The position numbers were made by a program, and so were the translations under genes. A stretch of DNA of 63,854 nt, filler included, from Lama guanicoe (lineage: Eukaryota), in the NCBI GenBank assembly GCA_013239625.1. It is 102 parts of 102 records of this genome, joined end to end, with 100 filler letters (N's around TTAATTAATTAA, not from the genome) between each part and the next. Parts side by side here need not be neighbours in the genome. Positions count along the whole stretch, not along the records: positions 11,756 to 11,956 come from PNXV01027066.1; positions 12,057 to 12,274 come from PNXV01027067.1; positions 12,375 to 12,839 come from PNXV01027068.1; positions 12,940 to 13,236 come from PNXV01027070.1; positions 13,337 to 13,739 come from PNXV01027071.1; positions 13,840 to 14,051 come from PNXV01027072.1; positions 14,152 to 14,544 come from PNXV01027073.1; positions 14,645 to 14,847 come from PNXV01027074.1; 94 more parts are not named here. One strand, given 5' to 3'. Below, in pieces: positions 11,756 through 23,532 of the stretch. Below the pieces are notes generated by a model, which ran no database searches, had not been told where the DNA came from, and worked only from the letters and a program-made list of their open reading frames with translations. Numbering within the stretch: the first letter of the stretch is position 1; each line of letters starts with the position of its first letter.

Positions 11756-11956
11756 GTTCTCATCACTGATAGAAGAACACCTGGCTGTCAGTAGGCTAGC
11801 ATGGCTGCAGTAGGGTTCTCATAGATACAATGCTTCTAGGTGATTTTGCATTCATACCTAAATGTATATATTTGGTGTGTTTTCTCTTGTATTTTCCATG
11901 AGAGGGGTGTTACCACTTGAAATGCCATCATTGGCCAGTAGGTGTCATTGGGAGTA
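11756..11956 (+). repeat. Unclassified repeat D, copy 1
   Basis: 11887-11956 aligns ungapped with 38366-38435 at 60/70 identity. Confidence 0.7.
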
Positions 11957-12056
11957 NNNNNNNNNNNNNNNNNNNNNNNNNNNNNNNNNNNNNNNNNNNN
12001 TTAATTAATTAANNNNNNNNNNNNNNNNNNNNNNNNNNNNNNNNNNNNNNNNNNNN

Positions 12057-12274
12057 CAGGGCTGCCCTTTTTGGTAGAAGGAGACATAAAGATTTTCACA
12101 GACAAAAAAAAATACAAGAGTTTAGCAACACTAGACCCATGCTAGAAGAAATATTGAAAGGTCTACTCTAAATAAAAAAGCAGCAAAATGCTTCAGAAAT
12201 GTGAAACTCATAGCTGGAAACGTGGTAACTCATGAATTACAAATAAAACACACACAAAATTTTAAAATAAGACA
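12057..12274 (+). mobile_element. L1 ORF1 3' end and inter-ORF fragment
   Basis: GAAGGAGACATAAAGATTTTCACAGACAAA...GAGTTTAGCAACACTAGACC is typical of the L1 ORF1 C-terminus. Confidence 0.75.
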
Positions 12275-12939
12275 NNNNNNNNNNNNNNNNNNNNNNNNNN
12301 NNNNNNNNNNNNNNNNNNTTAATTAATTAANNNNNNNNNNNNNNNNNNNNNNNNNNNNNNNNNNNNNNNNNNNNTAGCTCAGAGCCGGGTGTGCTGAGCT
12401 ACCCGTCAGCCCCGGGTAGGTCCGTGGGACAGTCCTGGGTGATGTCTGGGTCGGAGGCCTGCCCAACTGATTTCTGGGCCTTGGTGGTGGGGACCCCTCA
12501 TTATCCAGACCCACCTGGAGCCTGCGCTGGCCCTCAGGAGAGTAGTACACCAGCCCTTCACTTGGGGAGGGGGCGTTGGTGTTCGTATTCATCAGCTTTT
12601 TTCAGTATGTGGTATCCGGCTATGCAATGACAGTGACCAGCTGCTGACCTGGCCTGGAAATCTCAGAGCCCTTCTCGGCCAGGAACACTCCTGATTCTAT
12701 CCACTCGACCGTCTGCTGCCAGATCAGACTGGGACCTTTTTCAGCTCAGACAGCCGGGAGGGAATAGACATACCCAGAGAGCATGGGCTTCACCTCGGGC
12801 AGCAGGACGCTTCCCCGGCTCTCCACATCCCAGCCAGCCNNNNNNNNNNNNNNNNNNNNNNNNNNNNNNNNNNNNNNNNNNNNTTAATTAATTAANNNNN
12901 NNNNNNNNNNNNNNNNNNNNNNNNNNNNNNNNNNNNNNN

Positions 12940-13236
12940 AAGCGTGTGTGAAATCCGTCCTTCACCTAGCTTGTTGGGAACACAAATTCCTCTTCAGTTG
13001 CAGATTCCACTCCATGCATATATATGGGGAGGTACAAGCTCCAAATGTGTTTTACAGTGAAAACTGAAGGAACTTGAAACCGGCACTAGGAAACAGACTT
13101 AGAAACCAGAGTAAGTGTTTCTCCTGCAACCTGTTCCTTTGTGCTAGATGAACGAACGTCTCTCCAGTTGCTCAGTTGTGAGAGTTTAGCGTGTGTGAAA
13201 GCCGTCCTTCACCTAGCTTGTTGGGGACACAAAGTT
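12940..13236 (-). repeat. Satellite B
   Basis: Reverse complement of the B monomer. Confidence 0.93.
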
Positions 13237-13336
13237 NNNNNNNNNNNNNNNNNNNNNNNNNNNNNNNNNNNNNNNNNNNNTTAATTAATTAANNNNNNNN
13301 NNNNNNNNNNNNNNNNNNNNNNNNNNNNNNNNNNNN

Positions 13337-13739
13337 ATAGAATTTAGAATAAAGAATACAGTATACTGAAAATAGAATTTAGAATTTTGAAAGCCGAACA
13401 CAGAATTTTGAATATAGAATACAATATACTGAATATATAATTTAGAAAATGGAATGCATAACACAGAATTTAGAAAATATAATACAGAATAATGAATATA
13501 GCATTTCGAATATAGAATGTAGAACACAGAATATAGAATATAGAATACTGACTAAATAACCCAGAATTTAGAACATGGAATACAGAACACAGAATTTAGT
13601 GTATTGAATACAGAATACTGTATATAGAATTTAGAAAATAGAATGCAGAACACAGAATATAGAATATAGAATTCGGAACACTGAGTAGATAATTTAGAAT
13701 ATAGAATGTAAAACACAGAATATAGAATACAGAATAAGG
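13337..13739 (-). repeat. Satellite C
   Basis: (TAGAATA)-type heptamers. Confidence 0.93.
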
Positions 13740-13839
13740 NNNNNNNNNNNNNNNNNNNNNNNNNNNNNNNNNNNNNNNNNNNNTTAATTAATTAANNNNN
13801 NNNNNNNNNNNNNNNNNNNNNNNNNNNNNNNNNNNNNNN

Positions 13840-13938
13840 ATGAGCTTCTGTCTGCTACCCCCCTCATTCCTACTACTTCTAGCATCATCCATAGATGAAG
13901 CCGGGGCAGGCACTGGTTTAACTGTTTACCCTCCCCTA
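13840..13938 (+). pseudogene. COX1: Mitochondrial COX1-derived fragment (NUMT-like), residues ~100-132
   Basis: Translates in the mitochondrial code to [33 protein letters not shown], versus conserved mammalian [33 protein letters not shown]. Confidence 0.92.
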
Positions 13939-14051
13939 GGAGGGTAGGAGGAGGATGTGGAACAGGAGGAGGAGGAGGAGGTGGAGGAGGAGGTGGTGGA
14001 GAAAGAGGAGGATGTTGAGGAGGAGTAGGAGGATGTGGAGGAGCAGGAGGA
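13939..14051 (+). repeat. Degenerate (GAG)n purine-rich tract
   Basis: GAG/GTG/GAT triplet run directly after the COX1 homology. Confidence 0.9.
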
Positions 14052-14644
14052 NNNNNNNNNNNNNNNNNNNNNNNNNNNNNNNNNNNNNNNNNNNNTTAAT
14101 TAATTAANNNNNNNNNNNNNNNNNNNNNNNNNNNNNNNNNNNNNNNNNNNNACATACCTTCTAAGATTAAATCATTTCAGTCTCCAGGACAGGGGTTATC
14201 GTTTGGTTACTTCCTTTCTTTTACTGTTCACGTCTTCCCACCCTGACCTTGATTATCTGCAGAAGGTTTCTTCCAGAATATCATTTTCTCAGTTTCCTAT
14301 TTGCCTATACATGAACTAGTCCCCTGCTGCTAAGTCGGAGGCTTTCACTGGTTACCAAAGATTCATCCCACCCAACACCCAGACACACTATTCACCCAAC
14401 CACTGGCCAGAATAGATCCAGATTCCTGGCTGTCATCCTTGATTTCACCAAATATTTTGACCTCCACTGCCCTAAACACACAACACCCTGACACCGAACC
14501 CTGCTATTTCAACGCCTGAGAAAAACTGTATCTTTACCAGAGAGNNNNNNNNNNNNNNNNNNNNNNNNNNNNNNNNNNNNNNNNNNNNTTAATTAATTAA
14601 NNNNNNNNNNNNNNNNNNNNNNNNNNNNNNNNNNNNNNNNNNNN

Positions 14645-14847
14645 GAGGGTGGGAGTACTGAGATTTATTATGCCTGCGGGCTCAGAGGGGCTTCTGCTCT
14701 GGAGCTCTGAGCACCACCAAGACCTGCACATGAGGTTTTATAGGGTTAATTACATGTATGGGGCTATTAGCCAATAAGGCTCAAACAAGAAAAAGCATGG
14801 AATCAGTACACTGAGGTTTATCAATTTGGAACAGATCACGTTACTGA
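14645..14847 (-). mobile_element. Possible ERV LTR fragment
   Basis: Reverse AATAAA (TTTATT) and reverse TATAAAA (TTTTATA) spaced as in an LTR U3/R region. Confidence 0.4.
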
Positions 14848-14982
14848 NNNNNNNNNNNNNNNNNNNNNNNNNNNNNNNNNNNNNNNNNNNNTTAATTAAT
14901 TAANNNNNNNNNNNNNNNNNNNNNNNNNNNNNNNNNNNNNNNNNNNNTTCCTGTGTATTTTTCTACCTCACACATGTATATG

Positions 14983-14985
<3 letters not shown>

Positions 14986-15019
<34 letters not shown>

Positions 15020-15028
15020 ACACATACA
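14986..15028 (+). repeat. (CA)n microsatellite
   Basis: Direct inspection. Confidence 0.95.
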
Positions 15029-15079
15029 CCCCAAATATTTTTCATCAGTGGCTAGAATTACCTTGTTCTTGGCACTCTT

Positions 15080-15460
15080 CTGTAACAGTATGATGGGTTA
15101 GGCTGGCTTGAAGTAAGATAACAAGCAACCCAAATCATAGTGGCTCGCAATAATGGGAGTTTATTCACTGATAACTAGCTTGCTAGCTAGATAAATGGAT
15201 ACGTTGCTTATTGTCTGTTGTCTTTGCTCTGGGACCCAGGCTGGTGAAGAAGTCTTTGTTCTGGATCAGTACTGGTCATTGTGGCAGGTGGAACAGAGAA
15301 AGGACATGATAGCTTGCCCCTAGAAATTCTTTTCAGAAGTGACACCAATCACTTCCACTCATTTTATTTCCCAGTGTAAGTTGTATGAGTGGCAGTGGGG
15401 CAGGAAAGAGAATACTTTCTGAGGGAAAAGCAGCAAATGTTTGGAAAAATAGTACAGTCT
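15080..15460. mobile_element. Old MLT1-type (ERVL-MaLR) LTR remnant
   Basis: AACAAGCAACCCAAATCATAGTGGCT...GTTTATT and CAGAAGTGACACCAATCACTTCCACTCATTTT resemble MLT1 consensus motifs. Confidence 0.5.
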
Positions 15461-15914
15461 ATTATTGTCCCCTCTTTCTGTAACTACTCCTTTGAGCCCC
15501 ACTCTGCGTGTATTTTGCCCTTTCTCTTACTGTCATCTTATCAATCCTAATACCGGGTGGGTTCTAAAGCAACTACAGCCTGCTCTCTGATTTTATTGGT
15601 TGTCCTGGCCACCAGGTGGTTTGTGACAGCAGAAATTCTGGGCCATGAGGCTCTGGGTTGGCTGTCTAGCAATCACCACGATGTGGAGCTGAAAGCAGTA
15701 GTGATGGTGGTGGCAGAGATGACAGTGGTGAATCAGAGGGAAGAATATAGAATACTGAATATAACGAGAGGTGATACATTGAGACAGAGGTCATGGTTAA
15801 CGTTTGGAGTCAGTNNNNNNNNNNNNNNNNNNNNNNNNNNNNNNNNNNNNNNNNNNNNTTAATTAATTAANNNNNNNNNNNNNNNNNNNNNNNNNNNNNN
15901 NNNNNNNNNNNNNN

Positions 15915-16219
15915 TTCTGACATCATTAACTTGGGCCCTCTCTCTTTTCTTCTTGATGGGTCTGACCTTTAGGTTTGGCAATTTTGTTTATCTTTTCAAG
16001 GAACCAGCTTTTAGTTCCACTGATCTTTTCTTTTCTTTTTTTTCCTTTGTTTTTTTGTGTCTATTTCACTTATTTCTGCTCTAATATTTATGATTTTCTT
16101 CTCCTAACTCTGGGTTTTGTTTTTTCTTCTTTCTCTGGTTGCTTTAGGTGTTTAAGTTTAGGTTGTTTACCTAAGATTTTTCTTGTTCCCTGAGGTAAGC
16201 TTGTATTGCCATAAACGTC
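15915..16219 (-). mobile_element. L1 ORF2 fragment
   Basis: ATTTTGTTTATCTTTTCAAGGAACCAGCTTTTAG is a typical antisense L1 ORF2 sequence. Confidence 0.85.
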
Positions 16220-16319
16220 NNNNNNNNNNNNNNNNNNNNNNNNNNNNNNNNNNNNNNNNNNNNTTAATTAATTAANNNNNNNNNNNNNNNNNNNNNNNNN
16301 NNNNNNNNNNNNNNNNNNN

Positions 16320-16535
16320 TTCTATATTCAGTATTCTGTATATCATATTCTAAATTCTGTGTTCTACAGTCCATTTTCTAAATTCTGGTTTCTGTAATCT
16401 GTTTTCCATTTTTCATATTCTGTGTTCTTCATTCTATATTCTGTATTGTATATTCTTTATGCTCTATTCTCTTTTCTGTGTTTTTCATTCTGTATTCTGT
16501 ATACTATATTCTGCATTCCGTATTCTATATTCTAT
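16320..16535 (+). repeat. Satellite C
   Basis: 7-mer period. Confidence 0.92.
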
Positions 16536-16635
16536 NNNNNNNNNNNNNNNNNNNNNNNNNNNNNNNNNNNNNNNNNNNNTTAATTAATTAANNNNNNNNN
16601 NNNNNNNNNNNNNNNNNNNNNNNNNNNNNNNNNNN

Positions 16636-17470
16636 TATTTTATATTTTGTGTTCTTCTTTCTATATTGTACATCCTATATTCTATATTCAGTATTCCATA
16701 TTCTATGTACTGTGTTCTACATTCTTTAATCTAAATTCAATATTCAGTATTCTGTATTCTATATACTAAATTCTGTGTTCTGCATTTCATGTTCTAAATT
16801 CAGGGTTCTATGTTCTCTCTCCTATATTTTATATTTTGTGTTCTTCTTTCTATATTGTACATCCTATATTCTACATTCAGTATTCTATATTCTATGTACT
16901 GTGTTCTACATTCTTTAATCTAAATTCAATATTCAGTATTCTGTATTCTATATTCTAAATTCTATATTCAGTATTCTGTATTCTATATACTAAATTATGT
17001 GTTCTGAATTCCATGTTCTAAATTCTGGCTTCTATATTCCCTATTCTTTTTCTATATTTTGTGTTATTTATTCTATATTCTACAATATATATTCTACATT
17101 CCGTAATCTATATACTATATTCTGTGCTGTACATTCTATATTCTAAATTCTATATTCAGTATTCTGTATTGTATATTCTAAATTCTGTGTTCTGCATTCC
17201 ATGTTCAAAATTCTGGCTTCTCTATTCTCTATTCTCTATTCTGTGTTCTTCATTCTATATTTTAAATTCTATATTCAGTATTCTGTATTGTATATTCTAA
17301 ATTCTGTGTTCTGCATTCCATGTTCAAAATTCTGGCTTCTCTATTCTCTATTCTGTATTCTGTGTTCTTCATTCTATGTTTTAAATTCTATTTTCTGCAT
17401 GCAGTATTCCATATACTAAATTCTGTGTTCTAAATTCTATATTCTAAATTCTGTGTTCTGCATTCCATGT
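16636..17470 (+). repeat. Satellite C with 189-bp and 119-bp duplications
   Basis: Repeats at 16642/16831 and 17155/17274. Confidence 0.95.
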
Positions 17471-17570
17471 NNNNNNNNNNNNNNNNNNNNNNNNNNNNNN
17501 NNNNNNNNNNNNNNTTAATTAATTAANNNNNNNNNNNNNNNNNNNNNNNNNNNNNNNNNNNNNNNNNNNN

Positions 17571-18434
17571 CTGACCTTGGGGAGTCAGCCTCTGCCCTGG
17601 GACTTCCTGCAAACCCCCCAACATTCCCTGGCAGAGAGAAATTAGGAAAACCCTCAGGGGAGACAAGCTTAGGCACTCCGTTAGAACCCACGCGCTGCCG
17701 ACCATTGGCGGAACCTCCCCACGCTCAGGATTCCGGAACCATTGTCAGTGCGTGGGGGAGCTCGAGAGACAACTCCACGCAGCTCTCTTCAGTCACAGGT
17801 GTTCCCTGTTCGGGGAAGTCCGAGAAATACCTTCCCTGACCTTGGGGAGTCAGCCTCTGCCCTGGGACTTCCTGCAAACACCCCTAGCATTCCCTGGCAC
17901 AGAAACATTAGTAAAACCCTCAGGGGAGACGAGTTTATGCATTCCGTTAGAACCCACGCGCTGCCGACCGTTGGAAGAACCTCCCCACGCTCAGGATTCC
18001 GGAACCATTGTCAGTGCGTGGGGGAGCTCGAGAGACAACTCCACGCAGCTCTCTTCAGTCACAGGTGTTCCCTGTTCGGGGAAGTCCGAGAAATAATTTC
18101 TCTGACCTTGGGGAAGCAGCCTCTGTCCCTGGGAATTCCTGCAAACCCCCCTAGCATTCCCTGGCACAGAAACATTAGGAAAACCCTCAGGGAGACGAGC
18201 TTAGGCATTCCGTTAGAACCCACGCGCTGCCGACCGTTGGAAGAACCTCCCCAAGCTGAGGATTCCGGAACCATTGTTTGTGCGTGGGGGAGGTGGAGAG
18301 ACAACTCCACGCAGGTCTCTTCAGTCACAGTTGTTCCCTGTTCGGGGAAGTCCGAGAAATAACTTCTGTGACTTTGGGGAGGCAACCTCTGTACCTGGGA
18401 ATTCCTGCAAACACCCCTAGCATTCCCTGGCACA
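17571..18434 (+). repeat. Satellite A
   Basis: About 3.2 monomers, period 265-266. Confidence 0.97.
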
Positions 18435-19249
18435 NNNNNNNNNNNNNNNNNNNNNNNNNNNNNNNNNNNNNNNNNNNNTTAATTAATTAANNNNNNNNNN
18501 NNNNNNNNNNNNNNNNNNNNNNNNNNNNNNNNNNTCTGGAAAATACTTAAGAAATGAAAAAAATGGTTACCTTTGAGAAGGGGGAAAGCAGGACCTAGGG
18601 GCAGAAATTGGGAAGGAGACTTAACTTACTATATATATTTTAGTTTTGTGTGAGTTTTTACCATACGAATAACTTATCAGTTTAAAAATTAAAAAGCAAA
18701 AAACAAAAAGGTCAATTTTGGGCTTTACAGAAAAGATTATAAATGATAGACCTTTACATAAGAGTGAGGATAACAATTTTAATANNNNNNNNNNNNNNNN
18801 NNNNNNNNNNNNNNNNNNNNNNNNNNNNTTAATTAATTAANNNNNNNNNNNNNNNNNNNNNNNNNNNNNNNNNNNNNNNNNNNNAGAGTCAGCATTTTAG
18901 AGGGTGACCACTGAAGAGGGTGATCATTGTTTGAGTGAGACAAGCCCTGGGTTGTACGGAATCAGCATCCCTGTCTGCACACGGCACATGTAGTGCTACA
19001 TGGTGGGTGAGGTGGCACGGCTGCACAGGGAATGCGGATGCCGGGCCATTGGGTTGTGCTCAGGCCCGGTGGGGCACTCTCCTAAGGGCAGTGGACCATC
19101 ATTGACAGATTTTAAGTAGGGGATTTGGGTGCTCTCGGAGATCACTTTTATCTTGTAGAATGCTTAGAAACATTTAGAAGGCTCGGCAGGAGATGATGTG
19201 TGAGTCAGAGTAGGGTGGCTGCGAGGTGTAGCAGTGTTCAGTTTTCAAG

Positions 19250-19445
19250 TGATTTTCAGTCCCAGGTTTGTGGCTCAGTAGCCGTGTCACTTTGGATGAC
19301 GCACTCAAGGAAGTGAAACAATTTACCTAATCAATTGAAGCAGTGATGTACCGACTTCCCAGGACTGCTGTGGAAATCCAGTGAGATAACTTGTGCAGAG
19401 TGTGCAGCGTGGTCCGCAGCACAGAGTCAGTGCTGAGTGAGTGCC
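19250..19445. mobile_element. MIR remnant
   Basis: TGTCACTTTGG...GGACTGCTGTGGAAATCCAGTGAGATAAC...TGCAGAGTG resembles the MIR core. Confidence 0.5.
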
Positions 19446-20572
19446 AGTGAGTACCTGGTAGGTCAGGTGTGGGTGGTGGGACTTGGTGACTGATGATATC
19501 TGGGCCCTGAAGGAGGGGTCCAGTCACATCTGTGATTGATGGGCCTGAGCTGGGAGAGGCAGGGAGACCTTGCCCCCAGACCAGGNNNNNNNNNNNNNNN
19601 NNNNNNNNNNNNNNNNNNNNNNNNNNNNNTTAATTAATTAANNNNNNNNNNNNNNNNNNNNNNNNNNNNNNNNNNNNNNNNNNNNTTTATTTATTTGATA
19701 GTTCCTACTATCCTTTTGTTAGGCTATTCTTAGATATTTTAGCTTGGCTGTTACTTTTGGAAAATTTTAGAATTCTTCATGCCTCCATCTGGTATCTTAA
19801 TTAAACCCTGGAGAATCCTAAACCACTGATCTGATTTGAATAAATGAGGTGAAAAGAATTGGGGGAAGCACTGTGAGCAGAAGAGACTGTGGAACATCCA
19901 GAGTGGCACCCTGCATTGGCTCAGATGTTCTCTGGAAAAAGTTTTCTCTATGAGACTACATAGTTCCCAACTTGACTTTCAGTTTTCTCAGCATTTCACA
20001 TTGTATTTTAAAAAGTCTGTGGCAGGTTCTTACCCAGAAAAAGAGCACTTTCACAAATGGTTATATGTATACATTTTCCCCAGGTGGTAAAAGGAACACG
20101 NNNNNNNNNNNNNNNNNNNNNNNNNNNNNNNNNNNNNNNNNNNNTTAATTAATTAANNNNNNNNNNNNNNNNNNNNNNNNNNNNNNNNNNNNNNNNNNNN
20201 CAGTCAACATTCAGGAGAGCCGGGATTCAAAGGAAGGAAGGGGTCTGGACCCAGCGTCTGGGCTCTTGGACCTGACACCCAGCCACCCATGAAGAAGCAA
20301 ATGACAGCTCTGAAATCCTTTAGCATCTGCATATTCCAGTCATGTGTCTGTCAAGACCATCTCCTCTGGGATAGGAAACAAAATGGTACTAAAGGATCTC
20401 TCAGAAAATTATTTTTTGACTCTGAAATGAGTGTGTGGCTTTTTCACAATTTTGTCTTGCTTCCGATGCACATCTACTCTGCATAGACAGTGGTGATTAG
20501 GGAATATTGACTGGCATGCGTTCTTGCGCCCTAGAGGACACATTACTGCGGTCAAATTGAGGATCTGAAACA

Positions 20573-20720
20573 GGAGGAGGGTGTAGCTCAGTGGGAAAGC
20601 ACGTGCTTAGCAGGCACGAGGTCCTGGATTCCATCCCCAGCCCCTCCTCTAAAAGTAAATACATAAATAAACCTGACTACCACCCCCCCAAATTTTTTTT
20701 TAAAAATAAAAATCTTAAAA
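20573..20720 (+). mobile_element. tRNA-derived SINE (camelid Vic-type)
   Basis: A-box TAGCTCAGTGG, degenerate B-box GGATTCCATCC, AT-rich tail. Confidence 0.8.
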
Positions 20721-20922
20721 AGGCACTGAAAAGTCACTGAACATGTTATACTGAGGCGCAAATAAATAGCACCGCCAGCCACACCGTGGATTTCTTTTTT
20801 TTTAATTGTATGCTCATGTGCTNNNNNNNNNNNNNNNNNNNNNNNNNNNNNNNNNNNNNNNNNNNNTTAATTAATTAANNNNNNNNNNNNNNNNNNNNNN
20901 NNNNNNNNNNNNNNNNNNNNNN

Positions 20923-21386
20923 TTCCGAACATATTTCATGCAACACGGATTCCTCAAACATGCATTTCTGAATTGTGTACATGTGCATGACTGATGTTTC
21001 AACCATAAAAAGTTACCTATGCAATTTGAAATAATTTCTTTGTCTTTGTAGCTTCTACCTTTCGCTAGGTTCAAGAATCACATTTTGATCCCAGTAAAAC
21101 CCTCTTGGAGCGAAATCTACCATAGGGATATGTAATTTGAATAGATTCCATCTACATGATATTCCGTATTCCGTACATAATTCATGCATGACGGATTGGA
21201 GAAACAGGCATTCCTGAGTTGAGAGTATGTGGATTACTTATCTTTCATCCTCTATAAATGGAATAATTTCATCTAGACACCTGTACTCATTTTCACAGGA
21301 TTTTCCTAACACCAGATGCGAATTCGTGCATTTTTCGCAGTAAAATACTTCTGGAGCGATTTGCACCTAACAGATACGTAATTTAC
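20923..21386 (+). repeat. Highly diverged 246-bp tandem repeat related to satellite B (B')
   Basis: TTCATGCA at 20935/21181 and GGAGCGA at 21107/21353; motifs colinear with B. Confidence 0.75.
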
Positions 21387-21576
21387 NNNNNNNNNNNNNN
21401 NNNNNNNNNNNNNNNNNNNNNNNNNNNNNNTTAATTAATTAANNNNNNNNNNNNNNNNNNNNNNNNNNNNNNNNNNNNNNNNNNNNGTACGCTGCGCTGT
21501 GACATATTCTTGACCAGATAAATGAGTTGGAATATGGCCTTCTATAGCCTCATCAAGGACTTTTATTTTATACTAA

Positions 21577-21682
21577 CACACACACACACACACACGCTTT
21601 TAGAAACCCTTGTGAAAAGCTGCAGAGGGGATCAGAATGACTTTGTTTCATCCATTGCATTGCATTCTTCGTTCATCATAGA

Positions 21683-21711
<29 letters not shown>
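21577..21711. repeat. (CA)n and (TG)n microsatellites
   Basis: CA run at ~21577-21594 and TG run at ~21684-21711. Confidence 0.9.
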
Positions 21712-21714
<3 letters not shown>

Positions 21715-21923
21715 CCCTAAGCGCACTGATAGTGTCTGTGGAAACACTGGACTAGGGCTTTTCTTTGGGGCCTCGCTTTCTGGACAATTTGCTCTGCTAA
21801 GATCAGTCTCTCATAGGACTACANNNNNNNNNNNNNNNNNNNNNNNNNNNNNNNNNNNNNNNNNNNNTTAATTAATTAANNNNNNNNNNNNNNNNNNNNN
21901 NNNNNNNNNNNNNNNNNNNNNNN

Positions 21924-22729
21924 CTGTTCCCTTTGTGCTAGATGAAGGAACGTCTCTCCACATGCTCAGTTTAGAGAGGTAAACTTGTGTGAATGCCGTA
22001 TTTCACCTAACTTTTTGGGAACACAAAGTTTCTCTTTATTTTCAAACTCCAATCCATACATATATATGGGGAGGTACAAGCTCCAACTAGGTTTTACGGA
22101 GAAAACTGCAGGAACTTCAAACAGGCACAACGAAACAGACTGAGAAACCAGAGTAAGTGTTTCTCCTGAAACCTGTTCCCTTTGTGCTAGATGAACGAAC
22201 GTCTCGCCACATGCTCAGTTTTGAGAGTTAAGCGTGTGTGAAAGCCGTCCTTCAACTAGCTTGTTAGGAACACAAAATTTCGCTTCAGTTGCAGACCCCA
22301 GTCCATACATATATATGGGGAGGTACAAGCTCCAACTAGGTTTTACGGAGAAAACTGCAGGAACTTCAAACAGGCACAACGAAACAGACTGAGAAACCAG
22401 AGTAAGTGTTTCTCCTGAAACCTGTTCCCTTTGTGCTAGATGAAAGAACGTCTCTCCACATGCTCAGTTTAGAGAGTTAAGCGTGTGTGAAAGCCGTCCT
22501 TCACCTAGCTTGTTGGGAACACAAAGTTTCTCTTCAGTTACTGACTTCACTCCATATATATATATGGGGAGGTACAAGCTCCAACTCGGTTTTACGGTGA
22601 AGACTGCTGGAAATTCAAACCGGCACTAGGAAACAGACTGAGAACACAGAGTAACTGTTTCTCCTGCAAACTGATCCCTTTGTGCTAGATGAAAGAACGT
22701 CTCTCCACATGCTCAGTTTAGAGAGTTAA
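21924..22729 (-). repeat. Satellite B
   Basis: About 3.2 monomers, reverse orientation. Confidence 0.96.
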
Positions 22730-23532
22730 NNNNNNNNNNNNNNNNNNNNNNNNNNNNNNNNNNNNNNNNNNNNTTAATTAATTAANNNNNNNNNNNNNNN
22801 NNNNNNNNNNNNNNNNNNNNNNNNNNNNNATGTTATTTCATTTAGTTTTACCAACAGTCATAATCAGATTTTATCATATGTATTAAAATGGAAACCGTCA
22901 AAGTGAGTGACGTGCAGACTTTGGACTGGAACACAGGACTTTCTGATACCTGTCTCTGTTCCCTCCCCAGCCTATCCTACCAAATGGTCAGGAGACTCTT
23001 CCTCCGTCTTGAGTTTCCTGCTGATGTTACCAGTCTCTTTGTTTCTAAGAGAGGAAAACAAGTCTAAACTTACTTTCCAGTTGGAAATGGAATGGAAAGT
23101 TAACGTTGGAAGCCGGGAGAATCTGTCCTGTGATGAAGTGGTCTCCGAGCCACTTCCACTGGGATGTCACATCACTGTCTGGGCCCCTTGCTCAGCCTGT
23201 GCACAGGTGACAGCGCAGTTGTGCCGAGCAGTCCTCCCGGACAGGGCAGTGGGTTGGAAATGAGTTTGGGGATTTGGTTTCATTTCATAAGTTCCTGAGG
23301 GCCTTGACCTGGCACTTCGAGTGGGAGCATTCCCTGTCCCACAGACTCGTGCTCTGGGCCTGTGCTGACCTGATGTGGCCATGAGCCTGAGTCTCAGGGC
23401 CCGTGGTGATGAGGAGCATTTTAGTCCAGGGTNNNNNNNNNNNNNNNNNNNNNNNNNNNNNNNNNNNNNNNNNNNNTTAATTAATTAANNNNNNNNNNNN
23501 NNNNNNNNNNNNNNNNNNNNNNNNNNNNNNNN

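Noticed and set aside
17742..18362. 206-aa ORF and the recurring family of similar ORFs (62183-62677, 29919-30377 and others) as a multigene family
   Set aside because: They are translations of tandem satellite A monomers in shifting frames, with no splice structure or recognisable domain.
20573..20650. tRNA gene
   Set aside because: It has a degenerate B box, no intact cloverleaf and an AT-rich tail, so it is a tRNA-derived SINE (likewise 42736, 52036 and 57256).
21577..21711. (CA)n...(TG)n inverted pair as a functional hairpin
   Set aside because: Two common microsatellites in opposite orientation explain it, with no other support.
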